NCBI GenBank assembly: GCA_044225505.1
Contig: JBGAIN010000003.1
Span: 62,001 to 126,000 of the forward strand
Length of the DNA stretch: 64,000 nt
Origin: Limisphaerales bacterium
GTDB lineage: Bacteria; Verrucomicrobiota; Verrucomicrobiia; Limisphaerales; SIBE01
Direction of reading: 5' to 3'
The position numbers and the translations under genes are program-made. The first letter of the stretch is position 1. Each line of letters begins with the position of its first letter. Below are positions 29,401-38,400 of the stretch, piece by piece. The notes under the pieces were generated by a model that did not search any database, had not been told where the DNA came from, and was given only the letters and a program-made list of their open reading frames with translations.

Positions 29401-32400
29401 GTGGTCGAATTGTTGTGTCGCAGCCCCAGAACGGTCAGGACCATGGAAGGATCGTCCAAATGCTGGTCCAACCTCGAAACTAATTCGTCGATCGTTTGGT
29501 TGTCGTCAACCCCAGCGGCCACGAGCAAGCTATTACTCCGCGGATCCGCAACGATGACCGGACGGTTGCGCTGGGTGTCTGGTGACCGCGCCGCTTGATA
29601 CCGCTGGTTGAACAAGTTTATTAAGGAAGCAGACATCGATCGCGCATCTGCGTAAGCCAGCGGAATTAGCCGAATCCGGCCGCTCAAGGCGGGAGGAGCG
29701 GCGTCTAGTTCGCGGGCGAGCGACTCAACAAGCTCAAAGCTGTCATTAGAGCCCGCGACCAAGAGGCTGTTACTCCGGGTCTCGGGAATCACCAAAACCC
29801 GTAGGGCCTCAGCTTGCTGGCGTCCAAGGGCGGCTTTCTGAGTAACTCTCGCATCGAGCAATCGCTGCAACGAACCGGAGACGGCACCGGCATCGGCGTT
29901 TTGTAACGGGATTATCCGGACGTCTCGCAATTCCAATGGCAAGACTCGGTCCAACTGCGCCATTAGACCGTCGATAAACGCGAACGCTTTCTGGTTACCC
30001 GCAACGATGAGCGATTGGGTCCGATCGTCGACCGTTATATTGGGGATATCTTCGGTTCGCAATTGCGATGCCCGAGGCCCGCTATGGAGGTCCATAATTA
30101 TTTTTTGAACGACGGCCGGGTCGGCGTGTTCCAGGGCATAGACGCGGACATTGGCCATGCCCGATGCGGAAGGAATGTCCAATTGATTGATGACAGCCTC
30201 GATCAACGGCAAATTATCACTCCGGGCCGCAACGATCATCACGTTGGTGGTATCGTCTGCCTGGATGACGAGCGCGGATCGGGATTTCGGCTGCTCCGTC
30301 ACCGGTGCCTTCTCATCAGGCAGGACCGCTCGCAGCCGAGTGACTTGAGTGGCAAGTCCTTCTGTCCCGGGAACCGAGGGCCCCTCGGCGAACACAGATT
30401 GGAGCAACGGAGCCAAACGCCTCGCCGAAGCATGTTTGAGCTTAAAGAGTTTCACCTCCGTGATGAAACGATCCACCTTGCGATCGAGATCGTTGATCAC
30501 CTTTTGGGCCAAGTCGAGAGATTCTCTCTGGCCGCTTAGGATCACTGAGTTCGAGCGTTCGTCGATCGCAATATTCAGTGGGTTGACCAACGCCTTGCCG
30601 GTCGTGCCCTCCGGCTCGGCTCGCCCTACGGGTCCGTTGGCCAATCGTTGTCCTTGAGAAAAGACCGTGTTCAGCGTCTGCGAAACCGTGGCAGCGTCGG
30701 CAAACTGCAAATGGACCAGTTTAATGCTCACTCCCTCAGCCACGGGAACGCTATCCATCATTTCCACCACCGCGGCCAACGCCTTGAGATTGTCCGGGGT
30801 GGAAGAAAGGACGAGGCGGTTTCCGCCGCCCTGACCGCCACCAACCGGGTCACCCATCACCCGAATGGGTTTGGTCAAATCGAGGACGACCTCTTTGCCC
30901 TCGTCGTTCTTGATCCGAAGAAGGCGAATCTGCTCCTGCAACTCTCGCGCTTCTGTGGTAGCCTCTCCTTGAGCCCCAGGTTTGAGCATCGTCTGAATTA
31001 CCGTTGCCAACTGGGATGCGTTCGCCTTCTTTAACGACACGACCAAGACCTGAGCTTCGGAGTACGAGGCTGGGGTATCGAGCGAATGAATCATCCCTTC
31101 CACTTGCTTCAACACTGCGTCTCTGGCGACAACAAACAAGCCATGCGCACGAGGGTCCGGAGTAACGCTCAGGGGTTCGCCCGGACGAATAATGTTCAGC
31201 TGCGCCACCATTTGCTGGACGAGGGGTGCCACTTTCTGAGGCGGGGCGTTCGTCAGCGAGACGACCCGGAATTCCAATTGAGAGCTAACACCCGCGACAT
31301 CGAGCTGTTTGATCAGCGATTCCATGAGCGTAAAGTCTGTTGGCTTGGCTCGGACGATCACGCTTCGGGTCCGTGGTTCCGCGACCGCCGTCACCTTGGG
31401 GGTTTGCGTGAGAACACGGATTTCGCCAGGGCGCTGCATTTGTTGCTGCTGTTGCTGCAACTGCTGCTGCTGCTGTAGTTGCAGCTGCTCCGGGCGGAAG
31501 AGATCGCTAAGGGTTCTCGCCATTACGACAGGATCCGCCTCTTTTAGAGGGAATACGCGAAACTCAGCGTCACTGCTGACGTAAGAGAAAGAGAGCTCGG
31601 AGAGGATATGATCAATCTGATCCAACTCGTGGGTCGGTCCGGAAAGAATGAGCGCATTGGCCGTCTTGTCGACCGCCACGACCACCTCTGGGAGCGAATC
31701 CTCGGCCGGCGCTTTGTTTTCCGGCGCGCTGTCTTGCGCCGAAGGCTGCAACGTTCCTGACCGGTTTGGACTTGGAACCGTGGAGCTCCTGGTTTTATCG
31801 GGTTTAGCCGCCGCTTCGATCTTTTCCACGACTCGAATCAGTCCCGTGGACATTTGTGGGTAAATATTCTGGAGCATGCGGGCCATCTGTTCGACGGGGA
31901 CCCGGTCCAGAGGACGCAACCGCACTTGGATGCTGGTGTCTTTACTGGATTCGTCCAGGCGGGCGATCAGGTCTTGGACTTGGATAATATCGGCATGTTT
32001 TCCGATAACCGTGATCGAGTTATTGAAGATGTCCGAGTCAATCACGGGCTTATCCCCTTCCGACCGTCCGGCGAAGACGGCATCCAACTTTGACGCCACA
32101 TCAAAGGCCTTGGCGTTGCGCAGCCAAACAAACTGCACGTCACGCTCCGCGCGATCGGGGACCTTGTCCAGGGTACTCAAAAGTTGCTCGACGACTTTGA
32201 AGTGGGCTTGGGTTCCAGACATCACAAGGCTATTGGACCGTTCATCGACCGACACGGACGGTTGGATTAAACGTGCGGGGGTGCCCGCGCCGGCAGTCAA
32301 GGAAGCCCTAAGACGTTGCTGGCCTCGAGTAATATTTTGCAGCAATTGTTGAATCACGGTCGAGATTTCATGCGCATTGCCGTTTTCCAACTTGTAAATG

Positions 32401-35400
32401 CGCACTTTAATTTCGTCGTCCTCGCTTTCTTGATCCAGGTCCCGAATCACTTGCATGACATCTTGAACCGCGTCGGATGGACCATTCACGAGGACGCTAT
32501 TTGGACCGATCACCGGAGTGACCGTGACCCGTTGGAGTCGAGTTTGTGGGCCCTTCGAAGCGATCGTCTTGCTAACGGCATCGGCAACGTTCTCCGCGTG
32601 AGCCTTCTTGAGTCGGACCGTTTGTATGACAGTACGACTGTCGACTTCATCGCGATCAAGGGTTTGGATTATTTTCTCGGCCAAGGCCAGTTTCTCCGGC
32701 GGGCCCTGTACGACGACTGCATTTAATGAACGCGCTGGAGCAACCCGGACGGTCTTGGCATCGGCGATTGGCATCAATCCGACGCCCGGACGCCACTGCA
32801 TGCGTCGTTGCCGCGGCTGGCCCGGTTGCGGAGCATCTCCGTCCGTTAACATTGATTGCAGCACCTCCGCAATCTGCGCTGGTTCACCGTTCTGAAGCTT
32901 GAACGTGCGAATCTCGCTCGCGACACGTGCCGTATTCTTTAGCTCCTCAATCAGTTTATCGATTTGGACAAATTGTTCTTTGGTAGCCGCGACCATGAGG
33001 ACATTGGCCGCTGCGTCGGCTTCGAAACGCGGAGCCAATCCCGAAGGGACCGACTGTCCTGCCTTCTCCGAAAAGAGCCGGGCCAGCGTGGGGGCCAGGT
33101 CAGTCGCATTGCCCTCGGGCATTTGGTAGGTGCGAAGCTCCACTTTACCGAGGGATTCCTCACCATCCAAAGCCTTAACGAGTTGCTCGACGCGCTCGAG
33201 GAGAGGAGCTGTGGCTTCCAATACGACGGTCCGATCGTCGCCCGAGGCACTGACTGCCAATCGCAAGCTTGGATCCTGGCTCGAGACTTGCCGGCCAAAC
33301 AGCTGGGAAATCATCGCCGCCACGGAAGTGGCAGAATTGCGCTGCAAGCTGAGCACTCGCATCTGGCGCCCTGTCCCCTCGGCGACTTCCTGCAACTGGC
33401 TGACGATCCCCTCGATGAGTTTCATGTGCGATTCGCCCGCCGCGATAATCAGCCGGCTGCTAATGTCATCGCCCATAATGATCGCGTCCGCAGGACTCGT
33501 CTTGGCTTTCCCTTTCAGTTGATCTTGATAGAGCTGTTTGACGCGCGTCGCCAATTCGCTAGCCAAGCCCGATTTGAGCGCGAGGACTCGCATTTGCCGC
33601 GGCTCTTTCGCGAGCATGGCATCCATCTGTTCCACAATGACAGCGGCAGACTGCAAGTCTTGCGGAGCTCCCGAAACGATGAGCAGATTATTCTGGAGAT
33701 CGCTCCCGACACTTACTCTCGGGGTGCTGCGCCCGTTGGCTCCAATCTGCACGAGTGCCGTCGACAGGATGGTCGCCACTTGCGGCGCCTCCGCAGACTT
33801 CAACTTGAAGACTCGAGTTCGGCCAGTCTGCGCTTCGGTCTTGTCGATCTTCTGAATGATCTCGTCGATGATATGGAGATCGTTGGTGGTGGCCGAGACG
33901 ATGAGCCGATTCGCGTTGGCGTCGGGCAAGAGCAAAGCCTGACTCGACGGCGGCGTCGGGTGAGCTTTCATCGCTTCCTGATAAAGCGCCTTGACCGTGA
34001 TCGCCAATTCTGGCGCGGCCGTTGAAGTGAGCTCGTAGACTCGGGTCTCACGCGCATCGAGAACCATGGCGCTGGTCATGAGTTGGGTCACAATCCCCTC
34101 AATGAGATTCAACTGTTTCTCCGTTCCGGCCAGGATCAGCTGGTTGCTAGTACTATCATCGAGCATGAGGACGTCACTGGTGCTCAGCTCGGGTTGGGCT
34201 TTCACCTGGTCGTCGTAGAGGGCTCGGACTTTAGTCAGGATCTCCGCCACCTTTCCGGAGGTGATCGGCAACACTTTCATGCGCCGCTCCGGCTGCCCGC
34301 CTAAGGTGGAATCCAATTGGTCAATAATAACTGAGACACCTTGGAGTTCCTTCGGATCGCCCGCAGCGATGATCGTGCGTGATTTTGGGTCCACGCTCAC
34401 GCTCACTCGCTTGCGCGGTCTGCCGTAAGCATCGTAGCTGACCAACGCATTCGAGAGGATCTCCGCCACCTTGTCCGGTTCGGCCGATTTCACTTTAAAG
34501 ACGCGAACAGACGCGCTTTGAGCGCTGACCTTATCCAGCTTCTTGATGATATCTTCCACCAACGCCAACTCATGAGTCACCGCGGTGACGATCAATCGGT
34601 TCGCACTGGCGTCTGGCAGGATCGCCGTATCCTCCAGCCGAACATTCGGCCGGTTTTTGGCTTGTTCCTGGTACAAGGAACGCACTGTAACGGCGAGTTC
34701 CATCGCCGTGGCGGTGGTGAGATCGTAAATTCGAGTCTCGCGTGCGGCCAAGTCCGTGTTTCCCGCACGCAACTGTTGAACGATGGCCTCGATCTCAGAG
34801 AGGTGATTCGTTCGCGCTGTGACAATGAAGCGCGCGTTGCGGCTGTCCGCTACGATTTGAGCGTCTGCAGGATCGCCAACCGAGCGATCGCGCCAATGTT
34901 CACGGTAAAGCTGCTGAACAAGGGGCAGCAACCGCTGCATCTCGTCGGTCTGGCCTATCTCGATCAATTTCGTCTCGCGCGGTCCCTTTTGCACTTGAGC
35001 GGACTGGAGATCCGTAGCGATCTGCTCGACTAGCGCCAATTGCGCTTCGCTTCCGGCGAGGATGAGTTGGTTGCCCGGGGTATCCTCCAGCATGAGCACG
35101 TCCGTCGCGGCCAAGTCGGGTTTGCTCGCAAGCTGATCATTATAGAGCTGGCGAATCTTCGGCATCATGTCAGCTACCTTGGCCTGTTTCAGCGTCAGCA
35201 CTTTGATCTTACGTTCGGCTTGCTGTCCGAGCGCGTTGTCGAGTTGCTCAATGATAATCGCCGCATTCTGCAGCGATTGCAGTTCCTTGGGGTCCCCTGC
35301 AACAATGATACTGCGAGTTTTGGCATCCGAAGTGACGCCCACCCTGCGTCGGGCGCGGCCATAAGAGTCGTAGCTGGTGAGGGCGTTTCCAAGAACCTCA

Positions 35401-38400
35401 AGCACTTTCGTTGGGTCCGCGTATTTGAGTTTGAACACTCGCACTGTCCCGCTCTGCGCGCTCACCTTATCGAGCTTCTGAATGATCGCTTCCACCGCCG
35501 CCACTTCTTCGCTTTCACCGCTGACAATGAGACGATTTGAGGCACTGTCAGGTAAAATAAGAATATCAGGTGTTACGGTCCCAAGTCGGCTTCGGGCTTC
35601 GTCCTGGTAGAGGGTTCGAACCGTATTGGCTAACTCCCCTGCGCTCGCTGTAGTCAGTTCGAAAATGCGGCTCTCTCGAGCTCCCGCGTGAGGTTTACCC
35701 GAGGTCAACTGATTCAGAATGACTTCGATTTGCTTAATGTGGTCGGGCTTGCCGGTGACCATGAGACGCCCAGAGCGGGCGTCACCAAGAATCTGCGCGT
35801 CGGCCGGATCCGAGTCGCCTTTTTCTTTCCATTGTTCCTGGTAAAGTTGTTGAACGAGCGGGACTAACCGTTGAACATCTTCCGCGCGCCCCACGTCGAA
35901 GGCACGCGTTTCTCGCACCTGAGCAGTACTGCTGATCATCGTATCGACGATCTGGTGGACTGCAGCCCCTTGATCTTTTGTGCCATACACCAACAATCGC
36001 GTTCCTGTGCTATCCGGGTAAATGGAAGCGGGTTTCACGACTTTGCCCTGGTTTTGTTCTCCGTAAATGCGCCGGACAGTGGGAAGGATCTTCTGGGCAC
36101 TCGCTGTTTTGAGTTCCACGGTCTGGAGTTCTCGAGCGCCTTGGTCCGGTTTGGCATCGAGCGTGGCGATGACTGTCTCGACTTGAGAAATCATTGAAGC
36201 AGGTGCCAGAACGATCAATCGCTTGCCTGACGGTTCGGGTGTGATCGTGACCACGGCTGCTACATTGCGATTCGCGTTCTGGGCGGTGAACACTCTCATC
36301 GCTGTCGCCGCTAGCCCTTCGGCATCATCAGTCGCGACATCGATGACTTTCAAACTTCGCCCCTTCTCCACGCCCTCGCCGTCCAAGCGTTCGATGATGG
36401 CTTGAGCGTCTTGAAGGTCCACCCGCGATCCAGAGACGATGAGGCTGTTCGACTTTTCATCGGCCGATACGGAGACTAAACGAATTGGCCGATTCCGCGC
36501 ATCGAACCGCACCATAGCGTTGGATACAACCGACACCATCGTCGACGCATCCGCGAACGCGAGTTTGAAGACCCGCGCCATTCCCGCGGTTTCTGGAACC
36601 TGATCAAGCTGTTCGACAAGGCTGGCCACCGTTTTCAGCTCATCTTTACTGCCGGTCACAATGAGCCGATTCCCAGTAGCATCCGGCACAATTTTCGTCT
36701 GTGGCTTATAGTCAGGGCCGCGCTGGTCACGGATCATTTCCGTGAACAGGCTTGTGACCATCGGCGCGACGGTGTTGGCTTCGGCCGACTTCAGCTCGAT
36801 CAGGCGAAGTTCCCGCGGAGAGACGTCGGACTGGGTGTCGAGCTGCTGGATAATTTGAGCGGCGGCCTCGACGGCTGCGGACTCGCCTGTGATCACTAAC
36901 GAGTTGCTGCGCGTGTCAACCAGAACTTTCACTTGTTGGGCCTGAGCGCTAAGACTCTTTTCCACTAACCCGGCCAGATCAGCCGCGACGGCCGCCTTCA
37001 ATCGAATGACCCGCGTTTCGTCTTTTGTCCCTTTTCGTCCCTCGGGGTCGAGTTGACGAATAATCGACTCAACGCGCGCGATCTCCTTGTCCGAGCCGCT
37101 GACCATGATACGATTGTTCTTTGTTTCCGCGAGGAGTGCGGCCGGACCGCCAGCGGGTTCAGGTTGGCCTTTGAGCTGCTCCTGGTAGAGCTGCTGAACC
37201 AGGGGCGTCATTTCCGCGGCGTTGCGACTAAATAATTCCACTCCTTTGAATTGCCGCGACGTCGCGGAAACCGATGCGGAATCGAGACGCTGCAAGAGGT
37301 CGGTGACACGCACTAAATCCTGCGGCGTCGCCAGCACGATAATCTGCTTCCCAGATGCATCGGGAATCAGCTTCGGTGCCGACTGAGGATTAGCTTGCCC
37401 TTCCCCGAGCTGGCTCATCAACTGCGACGTGAGCGCGATCAGGTCACTGGCGGATTTGCTCTGCACGGGGATCACTCGCATTTCCCGCTGGCCTTTTTCA
37501 GGACCAACGTCGATGGCTTCGACAACTTGGGCGATCTCCTTGAACTGGCTCTCCGTCGCTGTGACCAACAGCCGATTATTGTTGGAATCCGGTAGAATCA
37601 ACGGTTTCGCGAGATCCTCAAAACGCTTGTCGTTCATTCGTTCCGCAACCAAGTTGGTGATGCTGGAGATCGCCGAGTCGACGCGTAAATGCTTGAGTGC
37701 CACCATTTGGAGCGAGCGTAATTGAGGCTGGGCCTTCTCCGTCTTAAGCTGCTTGATAATCTCCTCGATTTTCCGGAGATGCTCTTCACTAGCCGTGACG
37801 ATGAGCCGACCCGTTTCCGCATCAGCAAGGATCTTGGCGTGGGCCGTTTGCCCACCCACGCTGTCGCTGATCTGACTACGGTAAATCTGTTCGATGAGGG
37901 GCTGCAGTCGTTTGGCTTCCGCGATCGTGCCGACGTCAATGAGTTTCGTCTGCTGCGGTGCAGGAAATGCCGAGCCGTTTTCGAGCTGGCTAATAATGTC
38001 AAGAGCCGTTTGGACGTCGCCGGGTGATCCAGTCACAACGACACTCTGGCTGCTCGGCTCCACCGTTACGTTCGCGGTTGAAATCTTGCTGCCCCCTGGA
38101 ATCCGTTTGCTCAGTGCATCTGAGAGGATCTTGCCGAGGCTCGCAGCGTCCGAGTTCCGTGGCCGGAATACTTTTGTCACTTGAATGCTCTGTGACCGGA
38201 GGGAGCCGCTTCCCGTGCCGTGAACGGGTTTGTCGACTTTGTTGATGAGGGTTTCGATCGCGTCTAACTGCCCGAGAATCGGGGCGGCCACGATTAAGCG
38301 GTTCTGCGCGGAGTCCACAATCAGTCGAGCCTTGGTAGCAGCCGCTGCGGCGGTATCGTTAGGGGCCGCCACGCCTGGCACAGCTTGCCGGATCATCTGC

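Noticed and set aside
32964..34025. Long plus-strand ORFs opposite real genes (also 28227-29006, 48420-49445, 51135-52193)
   Set aside because: Antisense shadow ORFs typical of high-GC coding DNA, with no motifs.
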